A DNA stretch of 64,000 bases from positions 896,001 through 960,000 of the forward strand of contig CAXXDN010000001.1 of NCBI GenBank assembly GCA_963667465.2. Direction: 5' to 3'. The first letter of the stretch is position 1. Each line of letters begins with the position of its first letter. This document shows, in pieces, positions 50,135-58,641 of the stretch. A model generated the notes under the pieces. The model was not told the origin of the DNA. It worked only from the letters and a program-made list of their open reading frames with translations, and ran no database searches. The stretch comes from Dehalococcoidia bacterium. GTDB taxonomy: Bacteria > Chloroflexota > Dehalococcoidia > UBA2979. The position numbers and the translations under genes were made by a program.

Positions 50135-50242
50135 GGGGGCTGCGCCCCCCACGCCCCCATCCGGACGAGCACGCTGCGCGGCTCCGGCCCACCCACCCGC
50201 CCTCGGAATTTCCTTATGTGGGGGCTACGCCCCCACGCCCCG
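50135..50242. repeat. Two GGGGCT(G/A)CGCCCCC-type REP-like hairpins
   Basis: GGGGGCTGCGCCCCCCACGCCCC near 50135 and GGGGCTACGCCCCCACGCCCC near 50221. Confidence 0.65.
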
Positions 50243-50249
50243 CCGGAGG

Positions 50250-50520
50250 TTTCGAGGGCGCACCCAACTCCCGATGCGGGTCCGGCCCCCTCTCCCCTTG
50301 CGGGAGCGGGCCGGGGATGAGGGGCGAGAAGCGGCGGCCGGCGCGAGCTTTCGAGGGCGCAACTCCCGATGGCGGATCCGGCCCCCTCGCCCCTTGCGGG
50401 AGCGGGGGGGGGTGAGGGCGAGAAGCGGCGGCCGGCGCGAGCTTTCGAGGGCGCAACTCCCGATGGCCGATCCGGCCCCCTCGCCCCTCGCCCCTTGCGG
50501 GAGCGGGCGGGGGTGAGGGG
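50250..50520. repeat. Three ~95-bp tandem units each containing a CCCCTC(T/G)CCCC..GGGAGCGGG..GAGGG hairpin
   Basis: Units start TTTCGAGGGCGCA at 50250, 50349, 50443. Confidence 0.88.
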
Positions 50521-50553
50521 TTCCGCCGCGCCCGGGCGCGGGGAGGGCCGACC

Positions 50554-51342
50554 CTAGCGCTGCCCGAGCCCGAAGCCCCCGAGGACGGAACCTTCGCCCT
50601 GAGAGCTGCCACCGGCCCTCGGCGCGTTCTCGATAATGCGGTTGGCCAGCCGCGAGAAGGGCAGCGACTGCAGCCAGACGCGCCCGTGCCCGGAGAGGCT
50701 CGCGAGGAACAGGCCCTCACCTCCAAACAACTGCGACTTGAGGTTGCCCGCCCGCTCGATCTGGTAGTCGACCCCTCGCTCCAGCGCCACGAGGCAGCCG
50801 GTGTCGACGAGCAGCTTGTCGCCCTCGAGGCGCTTCTCGACCACGGTGCCGCCGACGGACAGGAACGCCATGCCGTCGCCCTGCAGGTGCTGCAGGATGA
50901 AGCCCTCGCCGCCGAACAGCCCGACGCCGAGGTTGCGCCGGAAGGCGATGTCGATCTTCGTGCCGAGCGCGGCGCAGAGGAAGGCGTCCTTCTGGGCGAC
51001 GATCTCGCCGCCCATGTCGGCGAGGTCGATCGGCACGATCTTGCCGGGGAACTCGGCGGAGAAGGACACCACCTGCTTGCCTCGGCCAGTGTTCGTGAAG
51101 TGCGTGATGAACAGCGACTCGCCCGCCAGCGCGCGCTTGCCGGCGTCCTTGAGCTTGCCGAACAGCCCCTTCTCCGGCTCCGCGCCGTCGCCCATCTTCG
51201 TCTCGAACGTGATCCCGGATTCGAGGAACATCATCGCCCCCGCCTCGCCGATCACCGTCTCGCCGGGGTCCAGCTCCACCTCGACGAACTGCAAGTCGTC
51301 GCCGTGGATCCGGTAGTCGACCTCGTGACTGCGCTGCGCCAT
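50554..51342 (-). CDS. TIGR00266 / AIM24 family protein
   Basis: HEVDY.I.GDDLQFVEVELDPGE..IGEAGAM, GESLF, FGGEGF, WLQSLPFSRLA. Confidence 0.92.
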   Translation of the reverse strand: MAQRSHEVDYRIHGDDLQFVEVELDPGETVIGEAGAMMFLESGITFETKMGDGAEPEKGLFGKLKDAGKRALAGESLFITHFTNTGRGKQVVSFSAEFPGKIVPIDLADMGGEIVAQKDAFLCAALGTKIDIAFRRNLGVGLFGGEGFILQHLQGDGMAFLSVGGTVVEKRLEGDKLLVDTGCLVALERGVDYQIERAGNLKSQLFGGEGLFLASLSGHGRVWLQSLPFSRLANRIIENAPRAGGSSQGEGSVLGGFGLGQR

Positions 51343-51452
51343 CGCCGTACGTCCTCTCCCGATCGCCTGGCCCCCGCGATCCATTGTCGCGCACGACGGC
51401 CCGCCGTGCGCGGCCGCGCGCGACTGAGCGGCATCGCGCGTACCATCGCGCG

Positions 51453-52106
51453 ATGCGCATCGCCGTCCTCTCCGACACCCACCTGCCGAGCACGATCCGC
51501 CACCCCGGCCTGCTGGGCGGCACGCTCGAGGAGCACCTCGCCTCGGCGGACCTGATCCTGCACGGCGGCGACGTGACAGAGCCCGCGGTGCTCGACTGGT
51601 GCGAGCAGTTCGCGCCGGTCCGCTGCTCGCTTGGCGCGCACGACCACTTCGAGGACGCGCGCTGCGCCCCCGTGCAGCTCGTCGAGCACGCCGGCTGGCG
51701 GATCGGCATGGTCCACGACGTGGAGGCGATCCCGCGCAGCATCGAGACGCCTCGACAGCTGGCGAGCGCGATCTACGGCGACGCCGAGCTCGACGTGCTG
51801 ATCGCCGGCGACTCGCACTACGAGCGGCTCGAGTACCGCGACGGCGTGCTGCTGCTCGATCCGGCCAGCCCGAGCTTCCCGCACCACCGCACGACGCGCC
51901 TCGGCGCGATCGCGCTGCTCGAGCTGGAGCCGGACCTGCTGCGCGCCTCGATCGTCCCGATCGGCGAGACGCCGGGCGCGCCCAATCCCTGCACCGCCGC
52001 CTCCGTCGCGATCGGGCGCGACGGGCTCGTCGAGGCCTCGCTGGCCGGCGAGCGCGTCGAGGCGATGGCATGGCGTCCGGCGGGCGCGCCGCCGCTGCGG
52101 GTGTAG
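51453..52106 (+). CDS. YfcE-like metallophosphoesterase
   Basis: VLSDTH, LHGGD, GAHD, GDSH, DPAS; TACCAT 6 nt before ATG (leaderless-like). Confidence 0.85.
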   Translation: MRIAVLSDTHLPSTIRHPGLLGGTLEEHLASADLILHGGDVTEPAVLDWCEQFAPVRCSLGAHDHFEDARCAPVQLVEHAGWRIGMVHDVEAIPRSIETPRQLASAIYGDAELDVLIAGDSHYERLEYRDGVLLLDPASPSFPHHRTTRLGAIALLELEPDLLRASIVPIGETPGAPNPCTAASVAIGRDGLVEASLAGERVEAMAWRPAGAPPLRV

Positions 52107-52184
52107 GCCGCGCCGTGCCGCCCGCAGCCACGCCGCTTGCTATCCTCCACGCGCCCGTAAGGGCAGAGCCGGCGAGGAGGCCTG

Positions 52185-53411
52185 ATGCGCGCTGAGATCG
52201 TTTCCATCGGGACCGAGATCATGCTCGGCGAGATCGTCGACACCAACGCAGCCTTCATCGCGTCGCAACTTCCGGAGTTCGGCATCGACCTGCTGCACGT
52301 CTCGCAGGTCGGCGACAACCCCGCGCGGCTGCGCGAGGTCTTCGCCCGTGCTTGGGAGCGCTCGGAGCTGACGATCGCCAGCGGCGGCCTCGGCCCCACC
52401 GAGGACGACGTGACGCGCGAGGCCGTCGCCGCCGTCCTCGGCGAGGAGGTCCACGTCGACGACGAGCAGCGCGCGCTGCTGGAGCAGCGCTTCGGCCACC
52501 GCGGGGCCGCGCTCGTCGAGCGCAACATGAAGCAGGCCTGGCTGATCCCCTCGTCGATGGCGATCCCCAACCCGCGCGGCACGGCGCCCGGCTGGTGGGT
52601 GGAGCGCGATGGCCACGCGATCGTGCTGATGCCCGGTCCGCCCCAGGAGATGACCTTCATGTGGGAGCAGCAGGTCGCGCCCCGCCTCGAGGAGCGGGCG
52701 AGCGCGATCCTCGTCTCGCACACGATCAAGACCGCCACCCTCGGCGAGTCGCAGGTCGACCAGATGCTGGCCGACCTGCTGGACACCACGAACCCCTCGA
52801 TCGGCATCTATGCGCGCCGCGACGGCATCCACGTGCGGCTCAGCGCGAAGGCGCCGACGCGCGAGGATGCGTGGCGGCTGATCCACCCGCTCGCCGAGCA
52901 GGTGCGCGGCATCCTCGGCCCCACCGTCTGGGGCGAGGACGAGGACACGCTGCAGGCGGGCGTTGGCCGGCTGCTGAGCGACCGCGGCCTGACGCTCGCG
53001 GTGATGGAGTCGGCGACGGGTGGGGCGATCGCGAGCGCGATCACGGACGTGGCGGGGTCCTCGGACTACTTCCGCGGCAGCCTGGTGACGTACGCGACCG
53101 AGGCGAAGATCGCGCACGGCGTACCCGCCGAGGTGCCGCTGCTGCACGGCGTGATCTCGCGCGAGACGGCGGAGGCGATGGCGGCGGCGGCGCGCGAGCA
53201 GCTCGGCGCGGACCTCGGTCTCGGCCTCACGGGCATCGCGGGCAGCGACGAGGTGGAGGGCCAGCCGCCGGGCACGATGCACATCGCGCTGACGGACGGC
53301 GAGCGCACCGAGTACCAGACGTACTCCTACTACCAGGGCCGCGACGCCGCCAAGCGCCGCGCCACCACGGTCGCGCTGGACCTCGTGCGGCGCTGGCTGT
53401 TGGGGAGTTGA
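52185..53411 (+). CDS. cinA: CinA family protein (molybdopterin-binding-like domain + NMN deamidase)
   Basis: IG.EIMLG.IVDTN, GGLGPT.DD.T, N.KQA, GTAPG, ESATGG, GSS.YF.G..VTY. Confidence 0.93.
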   Translation: MRAEIVSIGTEIMLGEIVDTNAAFIASQLPEFGIDLLHVSQVGDNPARLREVFARAWERSELTIASGGLGPTEDDVTREAVAAVLGEEVHVDDEQRALLEQRFGHRGAALVERNMKQAWLIPSSMAIPNPRGTAPGWWVERDGHAIVLMPGPPQEMTFMWEQQVAPRLEERASAILVSHTIKTATLGESQVDQMLADLLDTTNPSIGIYARRDGIHVRLSAKAPTREDAWRLIHPLAEQVRGILGPTVWGEDEDTLQAGVGRLLSDRGLTLAVMESATGGAIASAITDVAGSSDYFRGSLVTYATEAKIAHGVPAEVPLLHGVISRETAEAMAAAAREQLGADLGLGLTGIAGSDEVEGQPPGTMHIALTDGERTEYQTYSYYQGRDAAKRRATTVALDLVRRWLLGS

Positions 53412-53420
53412 GGCGAGCGG

Positions 53421-53684
53421 CTACACCGCCCTGGAGTCGAGGGCGCTGAGCGCTGTGGCGAACTCGTCCCAGCCCACATCGCCCTCGCGGTACTCGCAGT
53501 CCCACAGCTCGAGGCTGCCAATCAGGTCTGCGACGGCGGGCGGTGGCCGGACGGCTTCGGACCAGTCGACGGCGGCGAGGAAGTCAGGCAGGCGGTACTC
53601 GCCCGGGCCGCCCGCGAGGGTCTGGCGGACGGCTTGCAGCACGTCGGCTTGAGTTGGAGGCTGTGTGGCGATGAGGGTCGTCAT
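53421..53684 (-). CDS. Small hypothetical protein
   Basis: 87-aa protein-like ORF from ATG 53684; no family recognised. Confidence 0.45.
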   Translation of the reverse strand: MTTLIATQPPTQADVLQAVRQTLAGGPGEYRLPDFLAAVDWSEAVRPPPAVADLIGSLELWDCEYREGDVGWDEFATALSALDSRAV

Positions 53685-53952
53685 CGAAGCCGTACCATTC
53701 GCCGAACTCGACGCACTTTGGGCCGCGAACGAGGTGGATCGCAAGCGCGCGTCGGGCATGCTCCTCGAATCCATCGTACACAGCCGCCCGGAATCCGCGC
53801 CGGGTCGATGGCGAGGAGCGAATCGTGAAGCTGATCACAGCGAACGGCCAGCACATCGGAACGGTGCATGAGGTCGTGATGACCGCGGGCGATGTGGTCC
53901 ACTGCCATCCGAAGGACTACACGCGACGTGACTGCTCGCGTGTCCGCTCCAC

Positions 53953-54987
53953 ATGACTGACCCGCTCCCCCTCCCCCTCGGCGACAACGCGGCCTACGCG
54001 CTGCCGCTCGCCGAGGGCGGCGTGCTGCTCGTCGACGCGGGGCCGGACATACCGGGCGACGGGGACTCCGAGGGCGACACGAACGCTGAGGGCGGGACGT
54101 GGGGGGAGATCGTCGCACTGCTGGCGGCGGGCGGGTTCGCGCCCGGCGACGTGCGTGCGGTGCTCGTCACGCACTGGCACCTCGACCACTGCGGGCTCGC
54201 CTGGCGCTGGGCCGCCGAGGGCGCGCGCATCCTCGCCGGCGCGGCCGATGTCGAGGCGATCACGACCGGGCAGCTCTGGAACGACTCCCGTGTCGAGACG
54301 CGGCTGCGCACGCTGATCGAGCACGGCTGTCCGCCCGAGCTCGCCGCCCGCTTCAGCCAGCCGACGCGGCGCAGGCCGCCTGCCTACCGCTGGCGGGCCT
54401 GCCCGCGTGAGGCCGTCGAGGCGGTCGCCGATGGCGCGGAGTTCGCCCTCGAGGGCGGTACGCGCCTGCGGGTTGTCGCCGCGCCGGGGCACACGCCCGG
54501 CAACCTCGTCGCCTTCGTCGAGGCGACGGGCGACCTCTACTCCGGCGACACGCTGCTGCCGCACACGACGCCGACGCCGGGGCTGCATTTCCCCGCAGCC
54601 GGTGGCCCCTCGGCGGCCGATGGCGCGCCGGGCGAGCGCTGGCCCTCGCTGCCGCCGTTCGTGGCGTCGGTCGAGCGGCTGCGCGGGCTGGGCGTGCGGC
54701 GCGTGCTGCCGGGCCACGGCGCGCCCGTCGAGGGCGAGGCGGCGGAGCGCCTGTTCGTGCGCTTTGAGCGCCACCACGCGCGCCGCCAAACGCTGGTGCG
54801 CGGGCTGCTCGAGGAACAGCCGGACAGCGCGTACGGCCTCGTGCGGCGGCTCTTCCCGCACCTCCCGGACTCGCGCAGTGCGCAGGCGCTGACGGAGCTG
54901 ATCGGCCAGCTCGATGTCCTCGTCGCCCGCGGCGACGCGGCGTGCGAGCCGCGCGACGGCGTGCTGCTGCACCGCCTCACGCGGTAG
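53953..54987 (+). CDS. MBL-fold metallo-hydrolase
   Basis: LLVDAG, THWHLDHCG, PGHTPG, SGDTL, LPGHG. Confidence 0.92.
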   Translation: MTDPLPLPLGDNAAYALPLAEGGVLLVDAGPDIPGDGDSEGDTNAEGGTWGEIVALLAAGGFAPGDVRAVLVTHWHLDHCGLAWRWAAEGARILAGAADVEAITTGQLWNDSRVETRLRTLIEHGCPPELAARFSQPTRRRPPAYRWRACPREAVEAVADGAEFALEGGTRLRVVAAPGHTPGNLVAFVEATGDLYSGDTLLPHTTPTPGLHFPAAGGPSAADGAPGERWPSLPPFVASVERLRGLGVRRVLPGHGAPVEGEAAERLFVRFERHHARRQTLVRGLLEEQPDSAYGLVRRLFPHLPDSRSAQALTELIGQLDVLVARGDAACEPRDGVLLHRLTR

Positions 54988-55003
54988 TGCCTCGAGGGCC
55001 CCG

Positions 55004-56878
55004 CTACTCCTCGAGCCGCACGCCGTCGGAGTGCCAGCGCAGGTACTCGGCGCTCGCCCAGCCCTCGAGGCCGTCGTCCGTGCGGAGGTGCAGCCAGGGT
55101 TGCGGGTAGAGGACGAAGTCGTCCGTTTCGGCGACGGCCCCGTTCGGGAGGCAGGCGAGGGTCGGCGCGTCGAGCGAGGCCTTCTCGCGGAGGTTCAGGC
55201 ACGGATCGGCGACGACCTCGACCAGGAGCTGGTCGTCGAAGGGCGGCTGCTCGATTATTGGCGCGAGTGGCAGAGGCGGATACACGTTGAGACCTTCCTG
55301 CGAGTGGAAAAAGGTCGTTCGCACAAGCAGAGTGCCGCCGGTGGCGCCCAGCGCGGCGCGTTCCTGCCGAGCGAGGAACGGCTGCCAAGGAGGATCGGGG
55401 ATGGGCGCGCTGGGATCCCCGAAGGAGATGGATGCGAGCACATCCCCGGCCCGATTCACAACCTGCGGGGGGTAAAGGGAGAAGAAGCGGTCTCGGTCGT
55501 CCGGGGAAGGCCATCCAGGCGCCTGCTCCCATGTCCCCCGGAGCGTGGCGATTCGTGGGCCGCGGTGCGTGCCTACCACGATTCCGGAACTGCCGGCGAG
55601 CCACACGCCAGCCACGTCACCATGAACTCCGAACTCGGCGAGCCCGAATGAATAGACGCTCTTGACTCGCAGGATCTCCTCGCCCGTCGTTGCGTCGAAG
55701 ATCGACGAGATCCTGTCGTCGGCGAGCACGCTCGATGTCGCGGCAGCAAGCATGCGCCCGTCCGCAGAAATCCGCGGGAAGAGGCCTCCCCACGATCCAG
55801 GGATCGGACTCAGGCACCGTATCGTACTGTCGGACAGGAGCGTGCCCCTGAGGTCATAGCGAACCACGCGGCAGGTCACATTGCCGGTATCGGCGATGAA
55901 TGCAACGAGGTCGTCCAGGGGATCGACTTGATAGAGGATTTCCCCTGTCTTGTGAGCCGGGACCGTCTTCCACGGAAGTACCCACGAGTGGACCTCGGGG
56001 TTGGCCTCGTCCTCGAGGTTCACGAGGTGAAAGCGATCGCCCGGCTCACACTCGACGCACTCACGGACGAGGATGTAGCCGCCGCTGGGGCTGGTGAAGC
56101 GCTAGCCGGCCGGAAGATCGAGCTGCGCCACGGGCCGCAACTCGGCGTCCATCGCCACGAAAGCGCCGGAGCTCGCGAGGCGGAAGAGCAGCCGCTCGTC
56201 GGGTCCGGTTCCCCACCATAGATCGAACTCAATCCTGCTCCGATCCCACGTGTACGTGCGCCCGGTCTGCCGGTCGTGCAGGACTCCCTGGCCCGCCCAA
56301 CTCACGAAGCGATTGCTCGGCGAGGCATCGAGGTCGTCGGCGGCGTTCCGGGCTGCTTCGCGCTCCCTCTCCGGCAGGGCGGCGAGCGAGCGCACCCACG
56401 CCTCCACTTCGCCCGTCGCCACGTCGAGCAGGAACAGGCCAGGGTCCCACGGCGCCTCCTCGCCTGCCTCGTAGCGAGCGTGCGTGAGGCCGGCCGCCGC
56501 CAGCGCCTCGGCGGTGTTGACCTCGCGGATGCTGAGGTCCTCGGCGGTGATCAGCGGCGCCGGGGTTGCGGTCGGCGTGGGCGACGGAGTTGGCGAGGGC
56601 GTCACGGCTGGTGTCGGTGCGGGCGCGGGCGTTGTGGTTGGCGTGGGAGTGGCTGCCGGCGATGCGACGGTCGTCGGAGTTGGCGAGGGCGTCGTGGTGG
56701 GAGTCGGAGCTGGAGGTGCCTCGGGCGTGGGTGTCGGCGTCGCGGCGGGCGAGGCTGCCGCGGGCGGCGGGGGCTCCTCGGGCCCGCCGTCGCACGCCGC
56801 CAGACCGGCCGCGAGCGAGAGCGCGAGGACGGCCGCGAGCAGGGGTGGCAGCGAGCGTCGCGTGCGGTGTACGAGCAT
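55004..56878 (-). pseudogene. Lipoprotein with Pro/Thr linker and C-terminal SH3-like domain, interrupted by one in-frame TAG (56102-56104)
   Basis: LAAC lipobox; reading continues in frame PAG*RFTSPSGGYILV into the 55004-56023 ORF; LNLRE...GW.SAEYL SH3b pattern. Confidence 0.82.
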
Positions 56879-56983
56879 CGCGGTCCCCTCCCCGGCTACC
56901 TGAGGTTAGACGACTGTCTCGGCGTGATGGTTCCGGCGAGCGGCAGGGTTCGTCCCTCAGGAGCCTGTCGTGGGTTCGGCGAG

Positions 56984-57001
56984 CCCCCTCACCCCCGCCC
57001 T
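56984..57001 (+). repeat. Left half of REP-like target interrupted by IS110
   Basis: CCCCCTCACCCCCGCCCT joins CTCCCCCGGGAGAGGGGGCCGGAGAGGGG (58492-58520) to rebuild a hairpin repeat. Confidence 0.8.
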
Positions 57002-57011
57002 AATGGGGTTC

Positions 57012-57201
57012 GACCGGACCCTGGAGCGATCTGGGAGACTGGTCTTGGACCGGCCGGCCGGTGAGCACTGCCCCTCCCCGAGACACTGCGATCTCCAGGG
57101 AGAGACCGTGCCCCGGCTGGTGCGTCCGGGTGGTCCACAGCACTCCTGGGGTGTCGTGCCCGAGAGCACTGGTCCATTAGGCCGTCGCAGGACCAGCCCG
57201 G
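57012..57201 (+). ncRNA. Predicted IS110 bridge RNA (5' hairpin, target-binding loop, donor-binding loop)
   Basis: Guides GCCCCTCCCC (57070-57079), GGGAGAG (57098-57104), CCTGGGGTGTC (57145-57155), CCATTAG (57174-57180) inside closed stems; transcript ends are inferred. Confidence 0.8.
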
Positions 57202-57244
57202 CAGGTCGCAAACAGCAGCACGAAGCGCAGGAAAGCGAGGCACG

Positions 57245-58468
57245 ATGACCCTCTACGTCGGTGACGACTGGTCCGAAGACCACCACGATGTCCAGCTCAT
57301 GAACGAGGCCGGCGAACGGCTCGCCGCCAGGCGGCTGCCCGAGGGCGTCGCGGGCGTCGCCGTGCTGCACGAACTGGTTGCCGAGCACGCCTCAGACCCG
57401 GGCGCGGTCGTGGTCGGCATCGAGACCGACCGCGGACCCTGGGTCACGGCCCTGCTCGCGGCCGGCTACCGCGTCTACGCGATCAACCCCCGCTCGGCGG
57501 CGCGCTACCGTGAGCGTCACCACCTGGGCGGCGCCAAGTCCGACGCCGCCGACGCGAAGCTGCTCGCCGACCTCGTGCGCACCGACCGCCACAACCACCG
57601 TCCGCTGGCCGGCGACAGCGACGAGGCTGCCGCGGTGCGCATCCTCGCCCGCGCCCACCAGCAGCTGATCTGGGACCGCGTGCGCCAGACCAACCGGCTG
57701 CGCAACGCCCTCAGGGAGTATTTCCCGGCTGCCCTGCAGGCCTTCCCCAGCCTCGCGCACGGCGACGCCCTGGGCGTGCTGGCGCGGGCGAGCGAGCCGC
57801 GCGAGGCGGCGCGCCTGAGCACGTCGAAGATCCGCTCGGCGCTGCGCCGCGGCGGACGTCAGCGCAACCTCGAGCGGCGCGCCGCCGCGGTGCGCGACGC
57901 GCTGCGCTCCCCGCAACTCGAGGCGCCGCCTGCCGTGAGCCGGGCGTTCGCCGCGAGCACCCGCGCGGCGGTCGCGCAGATCAGCGAGATCAACCGTCAG
58001 CTTACGGAGCTCGAGGCCGCGCTCACGAGCCATTTTGAGCAGCACCCGGACGCCGCAATCTACCGTTCCCTGCCCGGTCTCGGTGTCGTGCTCGGCGCCC
58101 GGGTGCTCGGCGAGTTCGGGGACGACCCCGAACGCTACGAGTCGGCGAAGTCCCGCAGGAACTACGCCGGCACCTCGCCGCTCACCGTAGCATCGGGCCG
58201 CAAGCGCAGCGTGCGCGCCCGCTTCGTGCGCAACCGCCGGCTCGCCGACGCCGTGGACCGCTGGGCGCTCTGCTCGCTGCAGGCGAGCCCCGGCTGCCAT
58301 GACTTCTACCACCGCCGCCGCGCCGCGGGCGACCTCCACCACCAGGCGCTGCGCGCTCTCGGCAACCGCCTCGTCGGCTACCTCCACGGCTGCCTGAAGG
58401 CACGTCGCCCCTACGACGAGGCCACCGCCTGGGCGCACCGCCACGACCGCGAACAGCTCGCCGCTTGA
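57245..58468 (+). CDS. IS110-family DEDD recombinase/transposase
   Basis: VGDDWS, GIET, INP, KSDAADA (RuvC-like DEDD); SLPGLG, YAGTSP...SG (C-terminal Tnp domain). Confidence 0.95.
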   Translation: MTLYVGDDWSEDHHDVQLMNEAGERLAARRLPEGVAGVAVLHELVAEHASDPGAVVVGIETDRGPWVTALLAAGYRVYAINPRSAARYRERHHLGGAKSDAADAKLLADLVRTDRHNHRPLAGDSDEAAAVRILARAHQQLIWDRVRQTNRLRNALREYFPAALQAFPSLAHGDALGVLARASEPREAARLSTSKIRSALRRGGRQRNLERRAAAVRDALRSPQLEAPPAVSRAFAASTRAAVAQISEINRQLTELEAALTSHFEQHPDAAIYRSLPGLGVVLGARVLGEFGDDPERYESAKSRRNYAGTSPLTVASGRKRSVRARFVRNRRLADAVDRWALCSLQASPGCHDFYHRRRAAGDLHHQALRALGNRLVGYLHGCLKARRPYDEATAWAHRHDREQLAA

Positions 58469-58641
58469 CGCCTTAGCACCCTGGGGTGTCTCTCCCCCGG
58501 GAGAGGGGGCCGGAGAGGGGAGGCGGCGGCCGGGTGCGGCGATGTGACTTCAGGAGCCGGTCGTGGGTCTGGCGCACGCGCAGCGCGTAGTATCGGAGCG
58601 CTGGCTGGCGGCGCGCGACGGACGTGGCGAGGAACGGCGAG

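Larger units (their letters stand above)
57002..58491 (+). mobile_element. Complete IS110-family insertion sequence (~1.49 kb), CT core at both ends, no terminal inverted repeats
   Basis: CT at 57000-57001 and 58490-58491; removing the element restores the repeat; internal guides match the junction. Confidence 0.9.

Noticed and set aside
50250-50520. Possible CRISPR array
   Set aside because: Whole units repeat with no unique spacers, and no cas genes are present
56957-57388. ORFs over the IS110 left end
   Set aside because: No protein motifs; the region is better explained as structured RNA
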